IMG/VR virus record: IMGVR_UViG_3300011113_000581
Coordinates: 1 to 64,000 of that record
From: a virus
Strand: one strand, 5' to 3'
DNA length: 64,000 nucleotides
Shown: positions 29,052-38,415 of the stretch, one piece after another
How the letters are laid out: each line of letters opens with the position of its first letter
How positions within the stretch are numbered: the first letter of the stretch is position 1
Position numbers and translations under genes: made by a program
Notes under the pieces: generated by a model
Seen by the model: only the letters and a program-made list of their open reading frames with translations
Told to the model about the DNA's origin: nothing
Database searches by the model: none

Positions 29052-29773
29052 TTTCCACCATCATTCGCAACCGTGGCATCCACATCCCAACCTGGTGTGA
29101 GCAATTAATTTCTCTTACCAAACACAACAAACAACATCAATTTGACTTATATGTATTTGAGAATGATTCAACAGACAACACCAAACAAGTTCTCAACCTA
29201 ATCCAAAAAAAATTAAAACCGTACTTTGGAGTTCTCTCAATTGAGATTGAGGATTGTGGTTGGCCATACTTTGGTTCAATCAAAGCAGAAGAACGTGTCC
29301 GTTACTTAGCTAAGGCAAGGAACCGCACTCTTGAAAAAGCTAACGAACTTGTTGGCCTGGAGGAATATGACAAAGTAATATGCATTGAACCAGACATTTC
29401 CTATTCTCCCAAAGAGGTTAGTTTGCTTCTTGATACATCTCATCACATTGTTTCTGGATACAGCGTTCTCCCCCCTGGTCACGGAGTACCTGATTGGATC
29501 TACGATAGCTGGGCCACAAGAATTAACCCAGAAGACTCAGAGTATTTTGGTCCAAAAATTTCTGATCTCCCAATTGCCCTAAAAACTGCATCAACCTTTA
29601 ATTGTTTTTGTGTGTATGACGCAAAACCATTTATGATTGGATTGCGTTTTTCGGATATTAACCCATTAACAAATCAGTGGGATTGCGACACTACAAACAT
29701 TTGTTTCGCATTTACCGCACTTGGATGCGACGATATTGTTATGTATAGGATTCCTATACTACATAAAGTTTGA
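29039..29773 (+). CDS. GT-A fold glycosyltransferase, paralog of 25962..26807
   Basis: FENDSTD, ERVRYLAKARN, IEPD, YDSWAT, STFN. Confidence 0.75.
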   Translation: MRFLISTIIRNRGIHIPTWCEQLISLTKHNKQHQFDLYVFENDSTDNTKQVLNLIQKKLKPYFGVLSIEIEDCGWPYFGSIKAEERVRYLAKARNRTLEKANELVGLEEYDKVICIEPDISYSPKEVSLLLDTSHHIVSGYSVLPPGHGVPDWIYDSWATRINPEDSEYFGPKISDLPIALKTASTFNCFCVYDAKPFMIGLRFSDINPLTNQWDCDTTNICFAFTALGCDDIVMYRIPILHKV

Positions 29774-29786
29774 TCGTTGACATCAA

Positions 29787-30041
29787 GTGCTCACAAATAC
29801 GATTATATTAAAAGCACCGAGCGAATCTCAAATGTCTCTTAGCACTCAAGTAAAAGAATCTATTAATCAAGCAGCAACTCATTTACGTGATGCCCTTGCA
29901 TTTGCTGCACGCTCTGAGCATCCAATTTGTATTACTACTATTTCTGAGTTGTTGATGCGCGTGGAATCTATTGAACAGATGGACGAGATTATGCAGAAGT
30001 TTGGTGGCACTAATAAATCTTCTGGACCTACTCCCCATTAA
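29787..30041 (+). CDS. Hypothetical protein
   Basis: Probable start MSLSTQV at 29832. Confidence 0.6.
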   Translation: MLTNTIILKAPSESQMSLSTQVKESINQAATHLRDALAFAARSEHPICITTISELLMRVESIEQMDEIMQKFGGTNKSSGPTPH

Positions 30042-30074
30042 CCTCAGGTACAATAAATACATAGTTGGTTAAAT

Positions 30075-30365
30075 TTGTGCGTGGCACAAGACGATAGTAA
30101 GTATACAAAACCAGAGTTACGTGAGCGCATCAAAGATCGCGTAATGGCTGGTACCCGTGGCGGTAAAGCAGGTCAATGGAGTGCCCGCAAGGCCCAGCTT
30201 GTGGCACAAGAATACAAAGAAGCAGGCGGTGGGTACAAAGGTGGTAAAGGTGAGAAACAAAAAGATTTAGAGAAATGGGGCCAAGAGAAATGGTCCACTA
30301 AAGATGAATATGAGAAACGGCAGAAAGCTAAATCTGCTGCCAAAAAATACAAGGAGTCAAAGTAA
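30075..30365 (+). CDS. Basic phage protein (DUF5872-like)
   Basis: YTKPELRERIK...GQWSARKAQ...YKEAGGGY. Confidence 0.7.
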   Translation: MCVAQDDSKYTKPELRERIKDRVMAGTRGGKAGQWSARKAQLVAQEYKEAGGGYKGGKGEKQKDLEKWGQEKWSTKDEYEKRQKAKSAAKKYKESK

Positions 30366-30574
30366 TGGCTGCTGACAAAGCTATACAACCTGGGTATACC
30401 AAACGGTATTTACCAGAAAAAGCATGGGCTTCTTTATCAAAAGAAGAACGTGAAAAAACTGATCGCAAGAAGAGAGAAGCTAGTAAGTCCGGCAAACAAT
30501 TTGTACCTAACACAAAGGCTGCCAAAGAAGCTGGTAAAAAAGCAAGACAATCTAAACCAACAAAGAAAAAGTAA
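30365..30574 (+). CDS. Basic phage protein
   Basis: RYLPEKAWASLS...GKQFVPN; coupled to previous ORF. Confidence 0.7.
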   Translation: MAADKAIQPGYTKRYLPEKAWASLSKEEREKTDRKKREASKSGKQFVPNTKAAKEAGKKARQSKPTKKK

Positions 30575-30603
30575 CCTATAATTAAAAGAGAATAAATATT
30601 CCA

Positions 30604-30774
30604 ATGGAAAAGAAAAAAGCTGTTGCTCCTAAGGGTAAAGCAATGCCTGCCAAGGGTAAAGAAGCTGCTGCCCCCAAGGGTAAGGGTGGTGCATCCAAAG
30701 GTCAAATGGAAGCACGCGACAAGTTTAAAGAAATGATTGCCAAGAAAAAAGAAGCTGCAGCCAAGAAAAAATAA
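30604..30774 (+). CDS. 56-aa Lys/Ala-rich protein (not in ORF track)
   Basis: MEKKKAVAPKGKAMPAKGKEAAAPKGKGG...KKKEAAAKKK. Confidence 0.6.
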   Translation: MEKKKAVAPKGKAMPAKGKEAAAPKGKGGASKGQMEARDKFKEMIAKKKEAAAKKK

Positions 30775-30823
30775 GGTATACTTAACCTGCTCAAAATCCT
30801 AAGGAGGGATTCCGAAAGTTGAT

Positions 30824-30860
30824 ATCCTGGCTTGAGCAACCAGGATTTTTTTGTTATAAT
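30824..30860 (+). promoter_or_regulatory. Terminator hairpin overlapping a sigma70-type promoter
   Basis: ATCCTGG/CCAGGAT stem plus T run; TTGAGC (30832)-17 bp-TATAAT (30855) with TGn extension. Confidence 0.7.
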
Positions 30861-30871
30861 TTGAAAGATAG

Positions 30872-31203
30872 AGGCCAGGTCCCTGTGCGCGTTGGGCACA
30901 TAGCTCAGAAGGCGACACACCTGGTCCATCTATCCGTCACTCATCACGTACGAGAGGGTTGCGCTTGTTGGCCTTACTGACAAGCCCAGTGGGGATGGGA
31001 CCCGCAAACCGCCCCTACCGCTCTGCCGGTAGGGTTCCAGCTCAGATACGCTTTATCGTTTTTGAGTCTGTGGTTCCCGCTCTGCACGTACTGGAAATTT
31101 CTGGTCGAAGCATCGGGCTAAGTCCTGTGTTTGCAGGCCGGGGATTTGATCACCCCCGCGTTGACCCCCTATGCCTCTCAACGATGCACAAACCTGGGGG
31201 CAC
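30872..31203 (+). ncRNA. Putative multi-domain structured ncRNA(s)
   Basis: GC-rich intergenic block with nested stems GGCCAGGT/ACCTGGTC, GCTTGTTGG/CTGACAAGC, GGGAcCCGCA/TGTGGtTCCC, CCCTACCG/CGGTAGGG, GGTCGA/TTGACC. Confidence 0.6.
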
Positions 31204-31205
31204 AC

Positions 31206-31277
31206 CGACCGTTAGTCTATTGGTAAGGACACCCCGACAAGGGAGTTGGATAGCTGGTTCGATTCCAGCCCGGTCGA
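31206..31277 (+). tRNA. tRNA-like element with non-canonical anticodon arm
   Basis: Acceptor CGACCG/CGGTCG, D arm GTCT-ATTGGTAA-GGAC, T arm GCTGG-TTCGATT-CCAGC; anticodon loop is 6 nt (AAGGGA). Confidence 0.65.
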
Positions 31278-31281
31278 TTAT

Positions 31282-32100
31282 TTAGTTACCAAGAAAAGAT
31301 ATAAAATCTTGTGGATTATCAACAGTTGCATATACATATTTATCAGCTGCAATGGGTTTTTTAATTTTTTGCAATCTTGATAAACCTTGTTTAGCAACGT
31401 CAAGCGCCGTAACAGGATCTGTATATAAAAGATCTGCAACCACTCCATTAAATATCATTGCTTCTTCTTTTAAGCCTGCTGCATGCAAACCTTGTGAAAC
31501 AGCTAAAGAAAGACTAGCTGCTTTTTGTCTTTCATTTTTAATTTGTCCAGCCATACCAAAATCTAATTGTATAGGCCTTCCTGTCATTTTATTAAACATG
31601 ACATTGCCAGGATGCCGGTCACCTAGGTTGATGTTATTAAGAGCAAGTAAACTCATTTGTTTTGCTTGATTTAATCGTTGTTTGTTAGTTAATTGATCTG
31701 TTGTTATATCTGCGGTTCCAGCGTGTGTATAATTTGATCGTAAATCTTGCATTATAATTTCACCACGCATATTAGGATTTATTCCTGGCTCTAAAACAAT
31801 TGTTTTTTCTCCAATTTTTGGGGGCATTAAAAATGCTTCTGTAATTTGAGGTGCAACACCTAATTCAGCAGCTCTTGCTTGTGCATTAATTTCATTTAAA
31901 AGATTTTGTTTTTTTTCTAAAGTAATTTCTTTAGTAACTAAACCCGGTGCAGTTTCATAGACTTGACCAAATTGACCGCTACCAATTCTTTGTTGTGCAC
32001 GTTTAGCCGCTTCTGCAGCCATCGCACGAACTTCTTCAGGACCAACACCAGAAGTAACAGGTCTTTTTTTTGCTAGAATATTTTTAACTACGTTAAACAC
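31282..32100 (-). CDS. Protein kinase-like enzyme
   Basis: IGSGQFGQVY (Gly loop), VTK, NE (helix C), GDRHPGN, LDFG. Confidence 0.85.
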   Translation of the reverse strand: MFNVVKNILAKKRPVTSGVGPEEVRAMAAEAAKRAQQRIGSGQFGQVYETAPGLVTKEITLEKKQNLLNEINAQARAAELGVAPQITEAFLMPPKIGEKTIVLEPGINPNMRGEIIMQDLRSNYTHAGTADITTDQLTNKQRLNQAKQMSLLALNNINLGDRHPGNVMFNKMTGRPIQLDFGMAGQIKNERQKAASLSLAVSQGLHAAGLKEEAMIFNGVVADLLYTDPVTALDVAKQGLSRLQKIKKPIAADKYVYATVDNPQDFISFLGN

Positions 32101-32138
32101 TGTGTTGTTATTAGATCTATTTTAATTATATTTTGTTT

Positions 32139-32240
32139 ACATTTAGTCTAAGTTAATTAAACAAGACGGCACCTACTAACGTACTAGACGCAGTACTATA
32201 AGTAGACAATGCAATGTAGGTTCAAATCCTAGCTAGATGT
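32139..32240 (+). ncRNA. Degenerate tRNA-like element with extended central arm
   Basis: ACATTTAGT/GCTAGATGT closing stem, TAGG-TTCAAAT-CCTA T arm, CTACT/AGTAG and GTACT/AGTAC inner stems. Confidence 0.45.
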
Positions 32241-32576
32241 TTACTTACCAAACAATCGCTTAACGCAATTAATAGCATCCATTACACGTCCTGTAATATT
32301 GACGCTACGTTTCCAACTACCTAACTCTGGTTGATAACAAATAATTTCCCAGTCAGGAAAGTTGTGATCATTATCAAATTTACCAGTAAATTGATCATAT
32401 GATCTGTAGTATGCCATTCCTAATTCCCAGTATTTACCCCAACCTAAGTAAAAAGATCCATCATCACACCCATCTGGATTAAACCAAGTTAACTCTAATT
32501 GTCCAAGTTTAATCTTCCCATAATCTGCCCCTGGGTCAATACGCAGAAATAGTAAGTAGGTGTCTTCAGATTCCAT
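32241..32576 (-). CDS. Hypothetical protein
   Basis: 111-aa ORF. Confidence 0.55.
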   Translation of the reverse strand: MESEDTYLLFLRIDPGADYGKIKLGQLELTWFNPDGCDDGSFYLGWGKYWELGMAYYRSYDQFTGKFDNDHNFPDWEIICYQPELGSWKRSVNITGRVMDAINCVKRLFGK

Positions 32577-32620
32577 GTGAATAAAGTAGCTATACTCAGT
32601 GTACTTGTTTTAAGAAGTTT

Positions 32621-32866
32621 GTGCCATCCACCAAAAGCACACTTCAGAAAAATAAAAAAAAAATGCTGGAGTACAAAAAAACGTTGTGTTGCAAACGATG
32701 TGGAACAGATGATTATCGACTGTTAGATTTTCATCACGAAAGAGAAAAGGATAACAAAGTATCAGCTCTTTTACATGGAGGATACGCTTGGCAGCGCATC
32801 CAAAAAGAAATTGATAAATGTATTCCTTTATGTGCTAACTGTCATAGGCTTGAGCACTGGCAATGA
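32621..32866 (+). CDS. Small HNH endonuclease-like protein
   Basis: CKRC...LDFHH...EIDKCIPLCANCHR. Confidence 0.75.
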   Translation: MPSTKSTLQKNKKKMLEYKKTLCCKRCGTDDYRLLDFHHEREKDNKVSALLHGGYAWQRIQKEIDKCIPLCANCHRLEHWQ

Positions 32867-32895
32867 TAAAATATTCGTAGTTAAAATTTTTCGTA

Positions 32896-33351
32896 ATGTC
32901 AAAAAAAGTTTGCAGTGTCTGCAATGAACTAAAACTACTTGAAGATTTTTACAAAGAATCAAGGGTAAAAGATGGACGAGCAAGACGTTGCAAGCTTTGT
33001 CATACAAAAATAACAAATGAATATCGCAAAAAAAATCCTGAAATATATCGCAAAGCAAGTTTAAAGCATTGGCATGGTCTAAATCAAAAGGAAAAACAAG
33101 AAAAATGGATAAAACGTTATGGGTTATCAGCTAAAGAATATTACAAAATGCTTGAAAAACAAAAAGAAGTATGTAAAATATGCAACAAAAAATGTTCAAG
33201 TAAACAAACTTTATCCGTAGATCATTGCCACAAAACAGGAAAAGTAAGAGGGTTATTGTGTATAAAATGTAATACTTCTTTAGGAATGCTTAATGATGAT
33301 GTAAGTTTATTTTACTCAGCCATTAAGTATCTTAAGAGTTTCGAAGAGTAG
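32896..33351 (+). CDS. Endonuclease VII-like HNH endonuclease
   Basis: CKIC...VDHCHKTGKVRGLLCIKCN. Confidence 0.9.
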   Translation: MSKKVCSVCNELKLLEDFYKESRVKDGRARRCKLCHTKITNEYRKKNPEIYRKASLKHWHGLNQKEKQEKWIKRYGLSAKEYYKMLEKQKEVCKICNKKCSSKQTLSVDHCHKTGKVRGLLCIKCNTSLGMLNDDVSLFYSAIKYLKSFEE

Positions 33352-33883
33352 CTTTAATCATCCATGCCGCTTTAAACGCTTCCCCACACAGCTCAGCCAT
33401 GTAATTCTGGATATCAATGGCACCTACCTTGGCAGCAATAGGCTCTAGTTTTTTAGTCTTCATGCCCAACTCCTCAAGATTTTTGTAGTACACACCTAGC
33501 ATCTCAGTTGCTTTATAGCTGGTGCAGTGCTTGAACTCTGGGCTTGCTTCCATCAAACCGTTGTGGCAGGAAGGGAGCAGATAGTCCATGCTGCGAATAA
33601 ATTCCCCAAGTTTATCAAACTGTTCGATGTGTGCTTCATATTGATCTTTTAAAAACTTGTGTACACCTAAAAAATTTGACCCTTCTATATTCAAATGAAT
33701 CAAATGACTTTGCACCTGGAGCTGGTGCACATAAGCCATCAGTGAAATCAACTGCTGAATAAAAGAACCAACGTCCCCACCCTTAGATTTGCCAGGTGCT
33801 TTGGGTTTTTCTTGTGCCTGAGGAACCGCTTGAAGGGGAGGGGTTTGTGGTTCTTGCACCAGTTGAGGACCGGGGGTATACAT
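33332..33883 (-). CDS. Dps/ferritin-like protein
   Basis: HLNIEGSNFLGVHKFLKDQYE...DKLGEFIR...AWMI. Confidence 0.8.
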   Translation of the reverse strand: MYTPGPQLVQEPQTPPLQAVPQAQEKPKAPGKSKGGDVGSFIQQLISLMAYVHQLQVQSHLIHLNIEGSNFLGVHKFLKDQYEAHIEQFDKLGEFIRSMDYLLPSCHNGLMEASPEFKHCTSYKATEMLGVYYKNLEELGMKTKKLEPIAAKVGAIDIQNYMAELCGEAFKAAWMIKATLRNS

Positions 33884-33924
33884 AATCTTTAGTCGGTAGT
33901 TCCAGTTTATCAGCCGTTAACACC

Positions 33925-35244
33925 TCATCTTGATATTTCCTCCCAATCCATAGATGCAAGAACATCAGCACCAGCAGAAGCACTGCTGCACACCAAGGTT
34001 AATTCTGTAGGAGTACTGGTAAGACCATTACGTTCCAGCTGGAATGCAAACAATGCTTCTTTCAAGATATCAATAACGGTTGAGCCTTGGTTAGAGCCAA
34101 TAGCAAAACCACCAGCTAAAGAACGTCCTGTGCCAACAGCAAAGGATGTGCCAGTAATGTTGTATTCAACAGAAGAATTTGCAGAGGTGGTATCCCAAGA
34201 TCCGCCAGTGGTTGTACCACCAACAATTACTTTCCAGTTGTAGTTTGCATTATTTGTAATACCCAAAATTGACAAAGCAGTTAAAATAACAATCGCATCA
34301 AGACGAGTTGACTTAAGACGAATCGAGATAACAGGATAATCAGTTGACGCGTTTGTTAAATCACGCGGAGATGCAACCGGAGTTCCAACTGTTGACTGGG
34401 CACCACGCAATTCATATCCACCTTCCGACAATACGGTTGAGCAAACTTGCTTTAAGGTACTGCTACTTGCCGTAGTACCTACATTAGTAATTTCATAACG
34501 CAACGGCAAGGATGCCGTTGTAATGTAGGTGGATGTGATTAAGTTGGCATGGTGAAATGAATGGCAGTGAATAAACGCACCATTAATTACAAATCCTGCA
34601 CGCACAGTACCAAGGCCAAGCCATTCAATATCAAACCAAAGGATTTGAGCCTTAGTAATATCAAGCGTAAATCCTGATGGTCCACTGCCGTTTAATGTAT
34701 CAATATTCCAATTAGTTTGTAGTACTCGTGTTTCGGCAAGGCTTCCACTTACTGAACTACGCTCAACAAAAGCTGGGCCCGTAGTTCCACTGACCTCCAG
34801 GTACATACCATTAGCAGCGCCGTAGTAACCAACTCGCTGCCGCAGGTTGGCTTTTGCAGGATTCATTACAAAGGTTGACATAAACAACAAGGATTTTCCT
34901 GGTTGATATGAACAAACTTTGTTAGTTTCTCGGATGATTTCAGATCCAGATGTAGTTGTTACATTAAGATCAACCAGGCCTTGGTTTGCATTAAATGCGT
35001 ACGTAGCACCAGTGCCACTGGAAGTAGACCACAGACCATTATCGTTGTAACGATGGCTTGAATCAAATAAAGTTAAAGGTGCTGATACACGTGTCCTACC
35101 AAATGCATCACCCGCCATACCAGCAGGTTGACTATACACAGTATTACCGCTTGAAGTTGTTACCTCAAGCGGCCTTCCACTGCACGTTTGTACTTTAATT
35201 ACTTCATACAGATTGGTATCTGTCGGATCTCTATATAACGGCAT
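33925..35244 (-). CDS. Putative virion structural protein
   Basis: DAFGRTRVS, YQPGKS, EWLGLG, LPLRYEI; S/T/G-rich. Confidence 0.6.
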   Translation of the reverse strand: MPLYRDPTDTNLYEVIKVQTCSGRPLEVTTSSGNTVYSQPAGMAGDAFGRTRVSAPLTLFDSSHRYNDNGLWSTSSGTGATYAFNANQGLVDLNVTTTSGSEIIRETNKVCSYQPGKSLLFMSTFVMNPAKANLRQRVGYYGAANGMYLEVSGTTGPAFVERSSVSGSLAETRVLQTNWNIDTLNGSGPSGFTLDITKAQILWFDIEWLGLGTVRAGFVINGAFIHCHSFHHANLITSTYITTASLPLRYEITNVGTTASSSTLKQVCSTVLSEGGYELRGAQSTVGTPVASPRDLTNASTDYPVISIRLKSTRLDAIVILTALSILGITNNANYNWKVIVGGTTTGGSWDTTSANSSVEYNITGTSFAVGTGRSLAGGFAIGSNQGSTVIDILKEALFAFQLERNGLTSTPTELTLVCSSASAGADVLASMDWEEISR

Positions 35245-35445
35245 GTAACTAAGTCAAGTTACATTCATTCTATTTCAACTAAATAACCAAAGTCTCTTGG
35301 TTCAGTCACAGCTACATTTTTTGTACCGCATACATCACACGTATTCATGTGATAAGTAGCACAATGTGTTTTGGGAAATAACCCTCCAGGTTGGTACCAC
35401 TTACCATACTTAACACCACAGTCGTTGCAGACCCAGTCAACTTGT

Positions 35446-35817
35446 TTACTTTTCATTAAGCTTAAACCGAAGAGTTGTTTTAAGGTTGTTGTAAAAATTT
35501 TCTTTGCTTTTGTAAAACTGACGTTGTTCTTCTAGTGATTCAATAAGTGCTTTAGCAATTTCTTCTTCAGTAAACATGTCTTCTGCAATAGCAAGCGTGT
35601 CACAAAAGCCATCCATCATTTGCTTGTAGCCAGTTGCTTTAAGATCCATTGATGTTAACTCTTGAATAGTTTGCATAACATTAGTTGTATCATGCATGTG
35701 TTCACGTAGATGTTTAGCATCCCCTGGAGCAGCCGTCGCAGGATTCCCCAATCGTTTTGTTGCGTTGTACTCTTGGATTAAATCCGAGTCTTTGAGTTTC
35801 ATTAATAAAATCCTCAA
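35446..35817 (-). CDS. Hypothetical protein
   Basis: ORF in the minus-strand arm. Confidence 0.55.
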   Translation of the reverse strand: MRILLMKLKDSDLIQEYNATKRLGNPATAAPGDAKHLREHMHDTTNVMQTIQELTSMDLKATGYKQMMDGFCDTLAIAEDMFTEEEIAKALIESLEEQRQFYKSKENFYNNLKTTLRFKLNEK

Positions 35818-36002
35818 TACATTTGTGGTATCCCTGAAGGAATTCTTCAGGATAAGGAACTTCGTCGTCAGGCGGATACCCTACGTACGAAAGAAAGTTA
35901 AGATCAAGAGTTTGTGTGATTCTTTTTAATACTTGTTCAGTAGTAAGTTCATTCATAAGCCTGGTTCAAACTAGGCCCACCTTACGATGGGCCATTAATT
36001 TG

Positions 36003-36263
36003 TCAAGTAGTAATTGTTTCTTTTAATGATTGTTCATAAGCATCTACGGCAGCTTTAAATTCAAAGTACTGATCGCGCATAGCGGGACCAGCTTCTTGTA
36101 TACAAAAGTCTTGCCAGAGCCCAGTGTATAAGCTGTGCATTGGATGGCTTTTGTTTTGCCGTCCAGAACAATTGTACATGTGCTCGAGGAAATCAGATCG
36201 TTGTTGTTCTTTTTCAACGCTCCAATTGTCGAGGATTACTTGATAGTCAAATGAGTTAGACAT
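36003..36263 (-). CDS. Hypothetical protein
   Basis: FLEHMYNCSGR...HSLYTGLW. Confidence 0.6.
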   Translation of the reverse strand: MSNSFDYQVILDNWSVEKEQQRSDFLEHMYNCSGRQNKSHPMHSLYTGLWQDFCIQEAGPAMRDQYFEFKAAVDAYEQSLKETITT

Positions 36264-36482
36264 TAGCGCTCTTGAGTTTGCATACGGTAAATCTCTTGAA
36301 CTTCTGGACGTGCATCTCGGATGGCATCATGAATGTCATCTTCTACCATCTGAATGAATTGTTCCTTGGTACGCCCTTTAAAAGCGTCCCATTCAATCTC
36401 CAGATCAATAGTGAGCCTTAGATCCAAAAGGTTCTTAACAGGTGCTTCCATTTCTAGAAGTGAGGTACCTGATTAGGCTACA

Positions 36483-36746
36483 TCATTTTTCTAGTAAACG
36501 CTCAAGTGAGTGCATTTGATTTTGCTGGTAGTACCCAAGTCGTTCTTGGATTATGTGTGTGTAATTGATGGCTGCATCAACCATTTCTGTTGCATCCATA
36601 GAAGCAGCAAGGTTTTCATTGGCTAACATTGCAGCAGTTAATACTGTTGTTTGCCATTCCAACTTACTTCCAATTAGTGCGGGTAAAGGAGTACCACCTT
36701 GCGTAAACGATTCAATTAATCGCATTAATCCATCGTCCGTAGCCAT
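36483..36746 (-). CDS. Hypothetical protein
   Basis: 87-aa ORF. Confidence 0.6.
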   Translation of the reverse strand: MATDDGLMRLIESFTQGGTPLPALIGSKLEWQTTVLTAAMLANENLAASMDATEMVDAAINYTHIIQERLGYYQQNQMHSLERLLEK

Positions 36747-37020
36747 GGTACTCCTTACTTTTTCTTTAGTTTACCGCGATCAGTTTTTACCTTTCATCAA
36801 GTAATACCAATAAGCATTTCTTGAATTTTGGTGGAACCGTTTGCCGCTAAGCAACTTAAGCTTTCGTTCTTCCAGCTCTTGTGCTTTTGATTCGTTATAC
36901 GGAAGTGTATCTCCGTTATCACAAAGCATTGCCAACTCCAAATCAACCATCTCAATCTGAAGCTGGAAGTCATCTACTGCTTGCTCATGACAGCGACACA
37001 TGATGTGCGCATCCTCAAGA

Positions 37021-37761
37021 TCAGTCGGTGGCGTCAGATTCTGATAAAAGCTCTTTTGGATATTCGGATGAAAGATCGTCCATTCCCTTGGTGTGGACAA
37101 TTCGATTTCGTTTGATGTTGTAGTCCTGGTAGATTTTGACGCCTTGGGGGAGGTTGATTCCTTCTTGGTAAGCACAGCAGAGTTTGTCGACATTTAAAAT
37201 AATTTCGGTTTTTGTGACAGGTTTAATAGTTTGTTCAACCATCTCCCCTTCCATAGAAGTTACCACAACTTCTTTCGTAGTTCTGATCGTTTGTTTTAAA
37301 CAGTACTTAACCTGGTCCTGCTCGTCCCACTCCTCTACAGGAATGGACAGTTCAACGGTCAGCTCTTTCTTTTTACTTAACACAAACTCATAGTTTTTTC
37401 CAACAATACGATTTGAATCTAGTGGTGCAGAACGACGTAACCAGTTAATCAAACCTTTGATTTGATTGACTTGAGACTCGTGATGTTTACGAGCAGCCAT
37501 TAAAAGATCTTGCTCTTTCTTGGCACGCTCTACTGCATCCTCGTGGTGCGCCCATGCATAGTACAGTCGATCTATTTTTTCAGATCGAAGATTCCTGCAT
37601 TGCTCAAGCTCAGCCTGCACCAACTCCTGGGACTCAAGAGATAGCAAAGGAGCAGAGCGTTCCAGGGTAACATGATGCTCGTACAGTTTTAATATGGATA
37701 GTTCATTTAGTTTAGTTTGTGTAACTTGTTTTTGTTGAGTTAAGTTCATTGATTTAAGCAA
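37021..37761 (-). CDS. Siphovirus Gp157-like protein
   Basis: Coiled-coil N-half (EKIDRL...) and C-terminal DKL...G..LPQGV. Confidence 0.55.
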   Translation of the reverse strand: MLKSMNLTQQKQVTQTKLNELSILKLYEHHVTLERSAPLLSLESQELVQAELEQCRNLRSEKIDRLYYAWAHHEDAVERAKKEQDLLMAARKHHESQVNQIKGLINWLRRSAPLDSNRIVGKNYEFVLSKKKELTVELSIPVEEWDEQDQVKYCLKQTIRTTKEVVVTSMEGEMVEQTIKPVTKTEIILNVDKLCCAYQEGINLPQGVKIYQDYNIKRNRIVHTKGMDDLSSEYPKELLSESDATD

Positions 37762-37890
37762 AATGATTTGTAAGTTTGTTCATTACATAGGCCAGCATTG
37801 CTCCGCATGCTGCCCAAAGAATGTCCTTGAGAACAGGAATAACAATACCAAGAAGCGTTTCAAACATTAATCTGTGTTGTGTTAGTTGGA

Positions 37891-37919
37891 TAGGCAGTTT
37901 AACGTCATACCCAGGACGT
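37891..37919 (-). ncRNA. Family A pseudoknot element, copy 1
   Basis: ACGUC-C-UGGGUA-U-GACGU-UAAAC-UGCCUA. Confidence 0.8.
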
Positions 37920-38415
37920 TAGCTTACTCTTTAATTTGCTTAGCTTCTTCTTCCATAGTTTCTTCAAAAGTATATCGACGCCGTTTAATAGCGTCAGGGT
38001 TCTTTTCTTTTTGAATTACACGTGCATCTTCTGATGCAGCATACAACACCTCCTGGAAAGAATCCCAAACAAACTTAGGATCTTTTAAGTATCCAGTAAA
38101 TCCAAAAGCATCTAATGTAATAACATGTTGTTTAAGTAGTTCACAAAGCAAATCAGATTTACTTTGAACCAAATGCTTAAACTGTTCTTCGGGTAAATCG
38201 TAAGTATCAAGATTCATAACTAAAATCCTCATCAGGAAAAGCTTTTTCAATAGCAGCAGTTAATGCATCTATCATGAATTGTTTTTGCAATTGTTCTCCA
38301 AGGTTTGTCCACCACTGAAGGTCTGCATCTGTTTCATCCCATTCAATTTGAATAGTACCAGATCCATCTTCTTCAGAAGTGTATTTAATATTGAGTTTAA
38401 AAATAGAGTTTGAAT

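Noticed and set aside
30872-31277. tmRNA or RNase P RNA
   Set aside because: I found no tag reading frame ending in a typical ALAA-like peptide, no Ala acceptor identity and no recognisable P4 consensus; an Rfam scan should confirm.
30959-31285. 108-aa ORF from the ORF track
   Set aside because: TTG start, atypical composition, and it overlaps stable RNA stems and a tRNA-like fold; probably spurious.
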